NCBI GenBank assembly: GCA_963817895.1
Contig: CAWFQB010000001.1
Coordinates: 1,568,001-1,632,000, forward strand
DNA length: 64,000 nt
Reading direction: 5' to 3'
Source: an uncultured Chthonomonadaceae bacterium
Lineage (GTDB): Bacteria > Armatimonadota > Chthonomonadetes > Chthonomonadales > Chthonomonadaceae
Position 1 is the stretch's first letter. Each line of letters starts with the position of its first letter. Under the pieces are notes generated by a model that saw only the letters and a program-made list of their open reading frames with translations, ran no database searches and was not told where the DNA came from. Positions 19,567 through 32,262 of this stretch are shown one piece after another. A program made the translations under genes and the position numbers.

Positions 19567-22232
19567 ACTCTCCACTCTGCTGTATTAGTTTTGCTACTAA
19601 TGCCGTCCAGCCGGTTTGGTGACTGGCTCCTAATCCCTTGCCGGTATCGCCGTGAAAATACTCGTGGAAGGGGATGTGGTCGCGCCAGGCGGGGTCGTTC
19701 TGGAAGGTGGACACGTCGCCGAAGACGGGGCGCGTGCCGTCTTCGCGGCGCAAAAACAGGTGGGTCATGCGGCGCGACAACTCTTCCGCCACCTGCCACA
19801 GGGTCAGCATCGCGCCGGAACCTGTGGGACACTCCACCGTCAGGCCGTCGCCATAATAGTAGTGGAAGCGCTGCAAGGCTTCCACAAGCAGGTAGTTGAT
19901 GGGGAACCAGATGGGGCCGCGCCAGTTGCTGTTGCCGCCGAACAGCCCGGACGTGCTTTCCGCAGGCTCGTAATCGGCGATGCGGGCCTGCCCATCCACG
20001 TTCAGCACATACGGATGGTCGTGATGGTATTTGCTCAGGCCGCGCAAGCCGAAGTCGCTCAGGAATTCGGCGGGGTCGAGGGCGCGGTTGAGCAGGGCTT
20101 TCATGCGATGGGCGCGGACGAGGGCCAGCAACCGCCGATCCGCCTGCCCCGGAACCGTCATATACGACACCAGATCGGACAGGTCTTTGCGTTCGCGCAG
20201 GAACCAGTTCATACGCTCGGCGAAACCGGGGAAGCGGTCAAGGTCGGACTGCTCGATGGTTTCCACCGCAAGCAGGGGAATCAGGCCGACAAGCGAACGC
20301 ACTTTTAGGGAAATGGCGTGTCCATCGGGCAGGCGCAGCACATCATAAAAAAACTGGTCTTCCTCGTCCCACAGCGACACGCCCTCCTCGGCCAGATTGT
20401 TCAACGCTCCCGCGATATACATGTAATGCTCGAAAAACTTGGTGGCGACATCCTCATACACCGCATCCTGTCGGGCGAGTTCGAGGGCAATGGCGAGCAT
20501 GTTGAGGCAGTACATGCCCATCCACGCCGTGCCGTCCGACTGTTCCAGCCGTTCGCCATTGGGCAGGGGCGCGCTGCGGTCGAACACGCCGATGTTGTCC
20601 AGTCCCAGAAAGCCGCCCTGAAACACGTTGCGCCCATCCGGGTCTTTACGGTTGATCCACCACGTAAAGTTGATAATCAGCTTGTGGAAGATGCGCTCCA
20701 GAAAGGCGGTGTCGCCCTTTCCCGTCCTGCGTCGCTCGATTCGGTACACGCGCAGGGCGGCCCAGGCGTGAACGGGCGGGTTCACATCGCCGAACGCCCA
20801 CTCATACGCGGGCAGTTGGCCGTTGGGGTGCATGTACCATTCGCGGCACAGGAGGAGAAGCTGCCGCTTGGCGAATGCGGGGTCAATCATGGCAAGGGGG
20901 ATGCAGTGAAAGGCCAAATCCCAAGCGGCGTACCAGGGATATTCCCACGTATCCGGCATGGAAAACACGTCGAAGTTGTCCAGATGCCGCCAGTCGGCGT
21001 TGCGTCCGTGTTTGCGCTCCGGGGGCGGGGGCGGCTGGCCGGGGTCGCCGTCCAGCCAAGTGCGCACGTCGTAGTGGTAATACTGCTTGCTCCACATCAA
21101 GCCGGCCAGAGCTTGCCGCTGTACCATCTTGGCGTCGTCGGAAACGTCGGGCGGGGCAATCGTGGCGTAAAATTCATCGGCTTCGCGGCGGCGCACGTCC
21201 ATGATGGCATCGAAAGAGCCGCTCAGGGGCGTGGCTTCGCCCGTACCCGGCATCAGGCGCAGGCGCAGGGTATGGGTTTCGCCGGGCTGCAGGGCCAGGT
21301 GGTAGCGCGCGCTGGCTTTGGTTCCGGTCTGCGCGGGGTTGACGGCCTCGGTTTTGCCGTTCACAACGTAATCGTTGATGCCATCCTTAACGTAGGGAGT
21401 CGGATTTGACGCGCCATACAGTCGCGCGTTATTGGTGTCGTTTTCGGTGAACAGCAGTTCGGGCGCGGGATTGAGCGACTGGCAGGCGAGATAGTAGTCG
21501 CCAAGATACACATGCTCGACCCTGATAATCTGCATGTCGTTGGCGTGGGACATCGAATCCTGCGGTAGGAGCGACAGGTTGGGGCGGGCTGTTTTCTCGC
21601 CCCAGTTCCAGCAGTTGCGAAACCAGAGAGTCGGCAGCACGTCCAGTTCGGCAGCATTCGGGCCGTGATTGGTGACGGTAATCTGTATCAGAATATCGTG
21701 CGCTTCGGCTTTGGCGTACTCGACAAACACATCGAAGTAGCGGTTCTCATTAAACACGCCCGTATCAATGAGTTCGTATTCCGGCTGCATCCGGTTGCGC
21801 CGTCCGTTCTCCTCCACCAGATCGCTGTACGGGTACGCGGCCTGTGGATACTTGTACAGCGCTTTCATGTACGAGTGCGTGGGCGTGGAATCTGAGATAG
21901 AAATAGTATTCCTTGACATCCTCGCCGTGATTGCCCTGCGGTCCGGTCAGCCCGAACAGGCGCTCTTTGAGAATGGCATCTTTGCCGTTCCACAGCGCGA
22001 GGGCAAAGCACAGATGCTGCCGTCGTTCTGAAATTCCCATCAGGCCGTCTTCGTTCCATCGGTACGCTTTGGAACGGGCATGGTCGTGCGGAAAATAGTC
22101 CCACGCGCTGCCGTCCGGGCTGTAATCTTCGCGCACGGTTCCCCACGCGCGGTCCGCCAGATATGGCCCCCACTCTTTCCAGTCCACGCTATGTGAATTG
22201 GCCTCCTGCAAACGCTTCTCTTCTTCCGTCAC
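19565..22232 (-). CDS. GH63 / mannosyl-oligosaccharide glucosidase-like (MGH1-like) protein (frame change near 21895)
   Basis: [74 protein letters not shown] before GTG. Confidence 0.93.
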
Positions 22233-22365
22233 GGCCTGACTCCTTACAAAGAATAGCAGGCCGGTATTTCTCCGGCCTGCGTAATGTGGGTTCATGTTCC
22301 ATTTTGTATAGCGTTATCCCTCTACGAATAACGCCCATTTATGAGAAATCAATGAGAAACGATAC

Positions 22366-23303
22366 TCAGGAGGAAGAGGAGAGCGTTGCCTGCGCCGCGT
22401 GAAGGGTGTTGCGCAGCAGCATGGCAATGGTCATGGGGCCGACGCCGCCGGGAACGGGCGTAATGCAGGCGGCAACACGGGCCGCGGACTCGAAATGCAC
22501 GTCGCCCACATCGCCGCCCCTGCCTTCCACGCGGTTGTAGCCCGCGTCCATGACTGCCGCGCCGGGTTTAATCATGTCGCCTGTAATCAGTTCCGCGCGT
22601 CCGACTGCGGCAACGAGAATGTCGGCCTGCCGCGTGTATTCGGCCAGATTGGGAGTGCGCGAGTGGCAAATGGTGACGGTGGCGTTGCGGTTGAGCAGCA
22701 TCAGCGCGACGGGCTTGCCTAAAATGATGCTGCGCCCAACTACAACCGCGTGTTTTGCCCTCAATGGGAATGTTGTACCGATCCAGCAGTTCGATGATTC
22801 CCGCCGGGGTGCAGGAGGGAAACGCGGGTTCCCCATTCATCAGGCCACCGAGCGAACTGCGGCTGATGCCGTCAATATCTTTGTGGGGCGAAACGCTGAT
22901 CCAGAACCGCCGGTTCATGCAGATGTTTGGGCAGGGGATGCTGCACCAGAATCCCGCTGATGGCCGGATCGTTATTCAGCCGTTCTACCAGGTCTTCCGC
23001 TTCGGCCTGCGTTGCTGTATCGGGCAGGCGGTGAATGCTGCTGTCCATGCCGACCCATTTACACGCCTTTTGCTTCATGGCGACGTAGGTTTCCGAGGCG
23101 GGATCGGCCCCGATCAAGACAGCGGCCAGATGCGGCGTCACGCCCTTCGCCTTGAGTTCGCTTACCTGCGCGGCAATCTCGGCGCGGAGGGTTCGCGCGG
23201 TTGCCATACCGTCAAGTAGCAAGGATGAAGGATGAAGGATGAAGGATGAATCCTCTCCTTCTGTTTCCTGTTCTCTGTTCCCTGTTTCCTTTTCTGCTGT
23301 CAC
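22366..23303 (-). CDS. folD: bifunctional methylenetetrahydrofolate dehydrogenase/cyclohydrolase (two frame changes)
   Basis: [49 protein letters not shown]. Confidence 0.93.
23221..23290. repeat. AAGGATG and CTGTTYC heptamer arrays inside the folD 5' end
   Basis: Translate on the minus strand as [10 protein letters not shown] and [10 protein letters not shown]. Confidence 0.8.
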
Positions 23304-24895
23304 TATACGTTCTCCTCATCTATGCTGTTTTCATCAGATGTGGCTTCGTCTAAATCTACGTCTTCGTCTTCGGTAAGGTCAATCATGTCGTCGCTGTCAT
23401 CGGTCATGTCAGCGGTTGCCGGGTTTGTTTTCGCGGAGGCTTTGCTGCCGACTTGAACGGCGAGCGCGCCGAGTACGCCGTTGACGAAACGCCCGGATTC
23501 GGTTGTGCTGTACTTTTTGGCGAGTTCTACGGCCTCGTTGATGGAAGCGGCGGTGGGAACGCTCTTCCATAAACAGCATCTCGTAACCGCCGATGCGCAG
23601 AATGTTGCGGTCTACGGCGACCTGCCGCTCCATGTTCCAACCCGCGGACAATCCGGCAATCGCGGCGTCAATTTCGGTTTGTTTTGCGGACGCGCCCTGT
23701 ACCAGTTTCAGCGCGAAACTTGCCGTTCGCAGCCAGTCCCCGGCCTGCTTTTCCACAATCGCGCCCACTTTTTTCCAGCGTTCGATTTGGACGCGGTTGA
23801 AGGTTTCGCGCTGCGTCCGCAGATACGCCTGCATGTCCGCATGGGATACGCCGGACGGACGGTTGGCGACAATATTCTGCACAAACGCGACGCCCTCTTT
23901 GCGGAACTCCGGTTCCAGGCGTTCGGGCAGTTGTTCGCGCGCCTGCCGCGCAAACGCCTGCAAGCGTGTCCGGTCTTCGGCAGACAACTGTTCAAGGAGG
24001 GCGTTCAGCGAATTCGCGACCCTGTCCGCTTTCCGGCGCGACAAGGCCCGATCGGCGCGGGAGTCAGCAGGCGCGGCGGCTGTAGGGCGGGCAGGCCGGA
24101 AATCTCCCCTTCCGACAGGTCGAACGTCTGCGCAATCGCGCTGATACGCATTCTTCGCGCCGTGTGGGGCAGCACGGAAGAGGGTTCGCGGAACAGGCGA
24201 TCAATGCGCTGCTCCTGCCAGTACGGGGCGTCCCCAAGCAGGCGGGAGCGAGCAGAGACAGGGCGCGTTCCTGCGTGTGGTTCAGTTCCGGCAGCATGTC
24301 GCGCAGGCCGGACGTGAACACGTCCAGACAGATTTGCTCCACAAGCGAACCGCTGGCCGCATGGGAACCGCGCTGCACAAATTCCAGCCGCAGCCGTTCC
24401 AACGCGCCCTCGACCACCTCTTGCTGCAAGCGACCGCGCACGATGCGGGTATGGTCTTCCAGCCGTTCCCGCGCTTCGGCAAGATACGCGCCCACTTTGT
24501 CTGCCCGCAACGGGTGCTGGCAGTCGCTCGCCCTGTATGCGCAATTCGTCCAGCAGGGCAAACGCCTGCGCCAGTTCTCGAACCACGAAGGGAACCGGGC
24601 GCTTGCTGCGGACGGCGTTTCCCCCGTTGCGCAGGTCTTGCAGCAGTTCGCGGGTTTCGGTAAAGCTGTATCCGGCCTGCGTCACTTCGCGCTCCAGATG
24701 CTCCTGCCCGTTTCCCAATCCCACAACGGCAACCTCAACGGCCTCGCGCATTAGCTGCTGGCGCAGCCGTTCTCCCGCCTGCCCGATGTCGCGCAGGGTG
24801 GCTTCGAGAATGGATTGCGCGGCTGGCGTAAAATGCTCCCGCTGATATAATATTTTCAAGGCCCATTCACGGGCCAATCGTCTTGAACTTATCAC
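23303..24895 (-). CDS. nusB: transcription antitermination factor NusB with very large internal insertion (several frame changes)
   Basis: N-term SRRLAREWALKILYQ; C-term WNMERQVAVDRNILRIGGYEM...SINEAVELAKKYSTTESGRFVNGVLG; stop overlaps folD start. Confidence 0.85.
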
Positions 24896-24912
24896 GGAAA
24901 AACCTTTGTGTC

Positions 24913-25020
24913 AGGTTGTTAGGTTGTTAGTTGTTAGGTTGTTAGGTAAATAGGATTTTTGAGCGTCTTTTCCTGCGCGATAAGCGTTTCTTAACCTAAC
25001 AACCTAACAACCTAACACCT
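24913..25020. repeat. inverted pair of AG(G)TTGTT 7/8-mer arrays
   Basis: 24913-24946 vs 24993-25020. Confidence 0.85.
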
Positions 25021-25193
25021 GCCCTTACGGGTATACTAGAAACAGGCCAGTCGCCTGCCATTTTTATCACTGCGTCATGCGCCGTAGCGTACTCGGATGC
25101 TTTTGCCGCCGCGCTTCCCACAGGTTTGCGCGTTTGTGGCGGCACTCTCTATTGTACTCTAATTGCGGCGCGGCGTGAAGCGAGAAATACGTT

Positions 25194-25985
25194 ATGCCTG
25201 TGTTATCTGCTATGCCTGACAATTCCGAAATGCCTGCTGCCCTGCCTGTGATTCACATTCTCGATATGCCCGTTCATCATGTCACGATGCGCGACGCGCT
25301 GGAAACCATTGACGGCTTCATCCGTTCCGGCGTGTCCCACCATGTCGTAACCGCCGATGCTTCCATGCTCGTTATGGCGCAGCAGGATGCGGATTTACGC
25401 GCCATTGTTGGCGGGGCCGATCTGATTACGCCCGACAGCGAGGGCATTTTGTGGGCGTCACGGCAGCAGGGGCAAGCGTTGTCCGAGCGCGTGTCCGGCG
25501 TAGAAATCGTCGAGCGATTGTGCGAACGTTCCTCACATCACGGGCAGAAGATTTACTTTTTAGGGGCCGCGCCCGGTATCGCGGAGGGCGCCAAAGCCCG
25601 TATGGAAGCGAAATACCCCGGCGCGCAAATCGTCGGAACGCGCAATGGATTTTTCACGGATGCGGATTTGCCGCAAGTGTTAGCCGACATTCGCGCCTGC
25701 CGTCCCGATGTGCTGTGCGTGGCGATGGGCATTCCCAAACAGGAAAAATGGATCGCCCGTCACCGCGAAGCGCTGGGCGTACCTGTTCTCATTGGCGTCG
25801 GCGGAACCTTAGATGTGCTTTCCGATACGGTGAAACGCGCCCCGAAAATTATGCGGCAACTAAAGCTGGAATGGCTGTGGCGCGTCCTCAAAAACCCCCG
25901 CAAAATCGGCAAAGTGATGCTGCTCCCCCGCTTCGTGCTGCTGGTGCGCGGGCATAAGGGAAAAGGGAAGAGGGAAGAGGGATAA
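25194..25985 (+). CDS. WecB/TagA/CpsF family glycosyltransferase
   Basis: ERVSGVE, IYFLGAAPG, VAMGIPKQEKWI, GVGGTLDVLSDTVKRAP, LEWLWR. Confidence 0.92.
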   Translation: MPVLSAMPDNSEMPAALPVIHILDMPVHHVTMRDALETIDGFIRSGVSHHVVTADASMLVMAQQDADLRAIVGGADLITPDSEGILWASRQQGQALSERVSGVEIVERLCERSSHHGQKIYFLGAAPGIAEGAKARMEAKYPGAQIVGTRNGFFTDADLPQVLADIRACRPDVLCVAMGIPKQEKWIARHREALGVPVLIGVGGTLDVLSDTVKRAPKIMRQLKLEWLWRVLKNPRKIGKVMLLPRFVLLVRGHKGKGKREEG

Positions 25986-26063
25986 GTGAAGATACGAGAT
26001 ACGAGATACGAGATACGAGCAGGAGAGGATTCCTCAACACCCAACACCCAACATCCAACACCC
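25957..26063 (+). repeat. three adjacent heptamer arrays (AGGGAAR, AGATACG, CAACACC) spanning a gene junction
   Basis: Encode GKGKREEG at the GT C-terminus and IRDTRYEIR..TPNTQHPTP at the CobA N-terminus. Confidence 0.85.
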
Positions 26064-27698
26064 GGAACGGTCTATTTGATCGGGGCGGGGCCGGGCGATC
26101 CGGGGTTGATTACGGTGCGGGGGCGGATGTTGCTGCAAACGGCGGATGTGGTTGTGTATGATCGGCTGGCGCATCCCTCCCTGCTGGATTATGCGCGGGC
26201 GGACGCGGAAAAGGTTTATGTTGGGAAGGTAAGCGCGCATCACGCCATGAAGCAGCCGGATATCAACGCGCTGCTGCTGGATCGGGCGAAACAGGGCAAA
26301 AGCGTGGCGCGGTTGAAGGGCGGCGACCCGTTTGTGTTCGGCAGGGGCGGCGAGGAAGCCGAAGAGTGCCGGGACGCGGGAGTTCCGTTTGAGATAGTGC
26401 CGGGGGTTACGTCGGCCATTGCCGCGCCCGCGTATGCCGGTATTCCGGTCACGCACCGGGATATGGCGTCGTCATTTGCCATTGTCACCGGACACGAGCG
26501 GGATGACAGCCGCGAGTCGGGAACCCGCGCGCCGGGAGAGGCGGAACAGCGCCGCAACTGGGCCAATATCGCCAAAGCGGGGGATACGCTGATTTTTCTG
26601 ATGGGCGTGGAAGCCCTGCCCGATATTGCCGCCCGATTGCAGGAAAACGGACGCGATCCGCAAACTCCCGTCGCTCTCGTGCAATGGGGAACGTGGACGC
26701 GGCAGCAGGTCGTGACCGGCACACTGGCAACCATTGTGGAGGACGTGAAACGAGCCGGCCTGACGCCGCCCGCCGTGTGCGTGGTTGGCGAAGTGGTGAA
26801 ACTGCGCGAACGCCTGCGCTGGTTCGACGATCCCGCCTCGCGTCCCCTGTTCGGCAAAAAAATCGTCGTCACGCGAGCGCGGGAACAGGCGAGCGCCCTC
26901 TCCGATTTGCTGCGTTCGCGGGGCGCGGAACCCTTAGAATTTCCCGCCATCGAAATCGCCCATCTGGACGACATGAGCGAACTGGATGCCGCGCTTGCCA
27001 ATCTGAACTCCTACCAGTGGATGATTGTCACCAGCGCGAACACGGTTCCGGTTCTGGCCGAACGCCTGAACGCGCTGAATTTGGACGCCCGCGCCTTCCA
27101 CGCCACGCGCATTGCCGCCATCGGCCCCGCCACTGCCGATGCCCTCCGCCTGCATCTGGGACTCCGCGCCGACTTCATGCCGACCGAAGCCGTTGCCGAA
27201 GCCATTCTTGCCGAGTGGCCGGACGCCGATGTGACCGGGCAGCGCATCCTCCTGCCCCGCGCCCGCGAAGCCCGCGAAATTCTGCCCGACCAACTGCGCG
27301 AACGGGGCGCAACCGTAGACGTAATCGCCGCCTACGAAACCCGCATGGATGGCGCGGCGTCCGACCGCTTGAAGCAGCAGTTACAAAACGGCGAGATAAA
27401 CGTCTTAACCTTCACAGCCTCGTCAACGGTACGCAATTTTGCGCAAGCGTTGTAGAAGGAGAAAGGGAACAGGGAAAAGGAGAAAGCGTAGGGGAGCATG
27501 ATTGCGCCCAATCCCCAACCTCCAACCCCCAACACCCTTGCAGAGCTTGTTGGAGAAACAACCATTGCGGCCATTGGGCCGGTTACGGCGCAAACCCTGC
27601 GCGAGTTCGGCCTGAACGTGGACATTGAAGCCGAAGAACATACCATTCCCGGCCTTGTTGCGGCGATTGAAAAGCATTTCGCCACGACGCGGAAATAG
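25986..27698 (+). CDS. cobA: fused uroporphyrinogen-III C-methyltransferase / synthase (CobA-HemD); frame broken at a repeat insert 27450-27540
   Basis: VYLIGAGPGDPGLIT, RLKGGDPFVFGRGGEE, PLFGKKIVVTRA, FTASSTVRNF, then AAIGPVTAQTLREFG...HTIPGLV. Confidence 0.9.
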
Positions 27699-28706
27699 GT
27701 TGGTACACAGATGCGTAAATTTCTGCGCCGTAGCCAGCATATAAAATGCCGGTTATCAGGACTGCGGCCAACCGTCCTGCGGACGAGAAATTGTACACGC
27801 GGTCAATTGGGAGGAACGTGCTGGTGAGCGAGGTTATGGTTTCTGTGGAAACGATGCGGTGCCTCCCTCTGCCAACGCCAGAACAACACGTTGCTTCATT
27901 ACACATCTACGTAGCGCGCATAGTTGGTATAAACATTTGCCTTTACTGACGGGAGGAACGTTGTCGTCTTCCTTGCGCCAGATGCAGGTTGTCAGCTATA
28001 CCATCCCAGACATCCTTGCGCTTGCCCTATGGATAATAATCCTCGTGGGCTATCAGACGTACGCCTTCGGCTACCGTTGATTACATGTGGCGCGGCGGAC
28101 ACCTTGAATTTCGAGCGGGATGGTAGCAATCCCATTGAGCTTGCCGCAGCAAGTGGTTATCGCATGCGGAATGCGAGTTTTGTAAGTACAAACCTGTATA
28201 AACACCTCCAGCTGTGGCTGGACCCTGAGCGAATTCGTGGCCACCTCCGCCACTGTTGCTGAGGTCAGAATGAATGCACCCCTGAATCGGAGACAGTCCG
28301 GCCTGTCTTCGCGCATTCGGGATTGGTATTCATCCACCCGGCTTGGACTATACGCGCTTTCGCTGACATTGACATGGCTGAAAAGCCGATTGCCCTTGAA
28401 GCGTAATGTGAGAACGTGAGCCTGATCATTGAGCCTTACATCTTGAACGCACGATGGATATCGCATTATCATGCATTAGCATGGTTGTCCATTTTGTACG
28501 TGGACGAAGACAAACATTGCAATCTGGCTGGTAGTTGGGTCTCGAGGTGGCCGATGTATGAATTGCAAGCATGCAGGTCTGACGAGTTGCGCAGAAATTG
28601 GTGAGTCGTGATTGTTTGTAACCGTCTCTACGAAGTCATCATGATAGCATAGGCGCGTCGTTAGCAGCAACTGTAGATGAGACAAGCGAGGCTAAGGAAG
28701 TATGAC

Positions 28707-29684
28707 ATGATGAAACGCGGGCGACGATTGCGCAGCAGCGAGGCGATGCGGCGATTGGTGCGCGAACATGGCGTGACAACCGATGATTTGCTGTATCCGA
28801 TGTTTGTTACCGAAGAAAAGCAGAGCCGGGAAATCGCTTCTATGCCGGGGATATTTCGGTATACCGTTGATGATTTGTGCCGCGCGGTGGAGGAAGTGGC
28901 GAGCCTGAATATTCCCGCCATTATGCTGTTCGGCATCCCGGCGGAAAAGGATGAGGTTGGCAGCGGCGGGTATCATGCGCAGGGGATTGTGCCGCAGGCG
29001 ATACGCGCTGTTCGGCGGGCGGTTGGCGATAAACTTCTGATCGTGCCGGACGTGTGTTTGTGCGAGTATACCAGTCACGGGCATTGCGGCGTGTTGGAAG
29101 TGCGCAACGGCGTTCATACGGTTGCCAACGACCCGACGCTTGAACTTTTGGCCCGCGCCGCCGTCACTTATGCGGAAGCGGGCGCGGACATCATCGCGCC
29201 CTCCGACATGATGGACGGGCGCGTTTCCGCCATTCGCCGCGCGCTGGACGCGAACGGTTTTGAAGGCTTGCCGATTATGGCGTACAGCGCGAAATACGCC
29301 AGCGGCTTTTACGGGCCGTTCCGTGAAGCCGCCGACAGCGCGCCGCAAATGGGCGACCGCCGTTCCTACCAGATGGACCCGCCCAACCGCCGCGAAGCCC
29401 TGCGGGAAATCGCGCAGGACATTGACGAGGGCGCGGATATGGTGATGGTCAAGCCCGGACTGGCGTATCTGGACATTCTGCGGGACGCCCGCGAAACGTT
29501 CGACGTGCCGCTTGCCGTTTATAATGTATCGGGCGAATACAGCATGGTGAAAGCCGCCGCCCGCAACGGCTGGATTGACGAAGCCCGCGTCATTGATGAA
29601 ACCCTCACCGCCTTCAAGCGCGCGGGCGCGGACATTATTTTGACGTATCATGCGGTGGAGTATGCGAGGATGGCAGGCAGGTAG
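28707..29684 (+). CDS. hemB: porphobilinogen synthase (ALA dehydratase)
   Basis: DVCLCEYTSHGHCG, APSDMMDGRV, SGFYGPFREAA, MVMVKPG, YNVSGEYSM. Confidence 0.97.
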   Translation: MMKRGRRLRSSEAMRRLVREHGVTTDDLLYPMFVTEEKQSREIASMPGIFRYTVDDLCRAVEEVASLNIPAIMLFGIPAEKDEVGSGGYHAQGIVPQAIRAVRRAVGDKLLIVPDVCLCEYTSHGHCGVLEVRNGVHTVANDPTLELLARAAVTYAEAGADIIAPSDMMDGRVSAIRRALDANGFEGLPIMAYSAKYASGFYGPFREAADSAPQMGDRRSYQMDPPNRREALREIAQDIDEGADMVMVKPGLAYLDILRDARETFDVPLAVYNVSGEYSMVKAAARNGWIDEARVIDETLTAFKRAGADIILTYHAVEYARMAGR

Positions 29685-32075
29685 ATGATTGGAACAACCG
29701 TCGCGGGCCGGTATGAAATAGAAGCGCAAATCGGCGTGGGCGGCATGGGGATCGTGTATCGCGCCCATGATACGCGCCTGCGCCGGGATGTCGCGCTGAA
29801 AGTGATCGCGCCGCACCTGATGCAGCAGGAATCGGCGCGCGTCCGGTTTTTGCGGGAAGCGCAGGCGCTTGCCGGCCTGATGCACCCCCATATTGTCACC
29901 ATCTTCGACATGGCCGAGGATGCGGATTCCAATACCGTGTTTCTGGTCATGGAATTGCTGTCGGGCCATTCTCTGCGCGAGTTTTTGAGCGATGGAACCT
30001 GCCCGAACACTCCCGATTGCCCCCGCTTTTCCGAGATTGCCCTGCCGCTTTGCCGCGCACTGGAAGCCGCCCATAAGCGCGGCGTCCTGCATCGGGACAT
30101 CAAGCCGGAAAACATCTTCGTGTGCGACGACGGCGAATTGAAACTGATGGACTTCGGGCTTGCCCGTTTGCTTGGCGACATGTCCAAAAACCAGTCCAGC
30201 ACGGTGGCGGGAACCCTCGCGTATATGGCTCCCGAACAATTGCGCGGCGACAAACTGGACGCCCGAACGGATTTATACGCGCTGGGGGCCGTGTTCTTCG
30301 AGTTCGTGACGGGAACGCAGCCGTTTATGGGCGACAATCCCGGCACGGTTCTGCTGAAACATCTTACTGAACCGCCGCCCCACTTGCGGGATCGCCTGCC
30401 TGCCCCTCTAAACGCCGACGATGAAGCCACCCTGAACGCGCTGGATGATCTGATTACGCGGCTAATGGCGAAAGAAGCGGGCGAACGTCCGGCAAGCGCT
30501 GGCGAAGTTCGGGACGCGCTGGCGCAAGTGTTGCCGGGGCGCGATACGCTTGCCTTCGCCATAGACCGCCTGCTTGCCACGCAGGGCATAAGGGGCGCGG
30601 GCGCGGCGTACAGCATGACGCGATCTATGCCGCCGGTTTCAATTCCCACCGAGGTTCTGGCCGCGCAGTTAGCCCCCCGGCAAACGACGGAAGTGGCGCA
30701 GGACGCAGAGCAGCCTGCGATTTCAGTTTTGACGCCTGCGGGTTCCCCTTCTCAGGCGGCGGAACTGCTGCCTGAGAATCCGCCCGCCCTCAAATCCTTG
30801 CCCGCATGGAAGCGGCGCGGGGTGGTTGTGGCGGGCATCAGCCTGTTAAGCGCGGCGTCCGTGCTGGCCGCCGTTCAGTTCCGGCCCCATTCCGACACGA
30901 GCGCGGACACGCCGGGTTCTGTTTCCGCTTCCGGTAAGCGGCAGCCTGTACGAAGCGCAGGGTAAAACTGCGGTTGGTTCCGCGCAGCCGGTATCCTCCG
31001 GTTCTTCCGTCGCAGCCGTTCCAGAATCCACGCCACCGGTTTCCGCGCCGTCTCTGGTCAGCAAAACCGGCGCATCCACGCAGCCATTAAAGCAGCCGAT
31101 AAAAACTAACGCTTCTACGCCCGCCGGGGATAACCACGCGCCTGCAACTGCAACCGGCGCAGCCTCCGGCAAAACAGCTTCCGTGTCACCGCCACAACGA
31201 ATTGCCGCTGCAAACGCCCAGTCCTGCAACCTCCTCTCCTCTTTCCAACAGCGCGGAACAGGAAGCATCGCGCAGGGCGCAAGAGGCGCTTATCAAAAAG
31301 CTACAGCAGCAGTTGGAGGCCGAGCGGGCGCGGAAAACGCCTGTGGTTACAAAGACAAAACCCAGCGTATCCGGCGCGACCGCCACCGACATCGGGAGCC
31401 GGTAAGAGCGGCAAGCCTGTCAAGTTGCCGCCCCTGCCCAGTGTCGCGGATGAGGCCACGCCGCCGCTTGTCATCGGCATGAAGGTGACGCGCATTGACA
31501 GAAACGACCCGAAAGCCATTCATATCAGCCTGCAAAACGACGCGGATTGCTACGCTTACTTCTATCTGCTTCCCCCGCCCGCGCATACGGCCACGCGCCT
31601 GTTTGCCGGGTACGAATACTTTCCCGCCGCGCCCAAAACGCCCTACGCGCTCTCACTGTTGCTGCCACATGGCATTGCAAACAGTCGCGGCGCGATTCTG
31701 ATTGTGGCGGCGAAAAAGGAATTGAAAAACCTGCCGCCCACCTTTGATTTACAGCCGCCGCAAACGCAGGCGATTACGCCGGGGATGAGCCGGGAACAAA
31801 TCCAACAAATTGTTCGCCAGAATATTCATCTGTTCAGCGATCAGGTGGCGCAGCAATTAGCCGCAAGCCAGACGCTGCAAGGGGGACAATTGATGCAATC
31901 GCACAACGTATTCGTCCGGCTCATCGGCAACTTCGCGCTGGTATCGGGCCGCCCTCTGGACGGCAGCCGCCGCGATCTCAATGGCGGGCGACGTGGATCG
32001 GGCCGTCCGTCGTTTCAGGGACGCAGGAATTTGCAGCCGCCCGCCGAATCTGGAAATACGGGCGCGAAGCATTGA
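29685..32075 (+). CDS. membrane Ser/Thr protein kinase; C-terminal part spread over frames, ends in a DUF4384-like domain
   Basis: GVGGMGIVY, VALK, HRDIKPEN, DFGLAR, YMAPEQ; TM segment near 30820; downstream frames without their own clear starts. Confidence 0.8.
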
Positions 32076-32100
32076 AATTGAAGACAAAAAGCAAGCGGAA

Positions 32101-32236
32101 TTTAGCCGCGAATTCACGCGAATGAACGCGAATAGGATTATACACCCGTCGCGCTGAATTATCCATTTGAACCACAGGTATCAGGTACCGGGTTTGTCCC
32201 TCGTATCTTGTATCTCGTATCTCGTATCTCATATCT
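32101..32236. repeat. decamer array (32101-32134) and TCGTATC heptamer array (32201-32236)
   Basis: Direct reading. Confidence 0.8.
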
Positions 32237-32262
32237 TCCCCCTCTAAGGAGACTGCGCCGCT

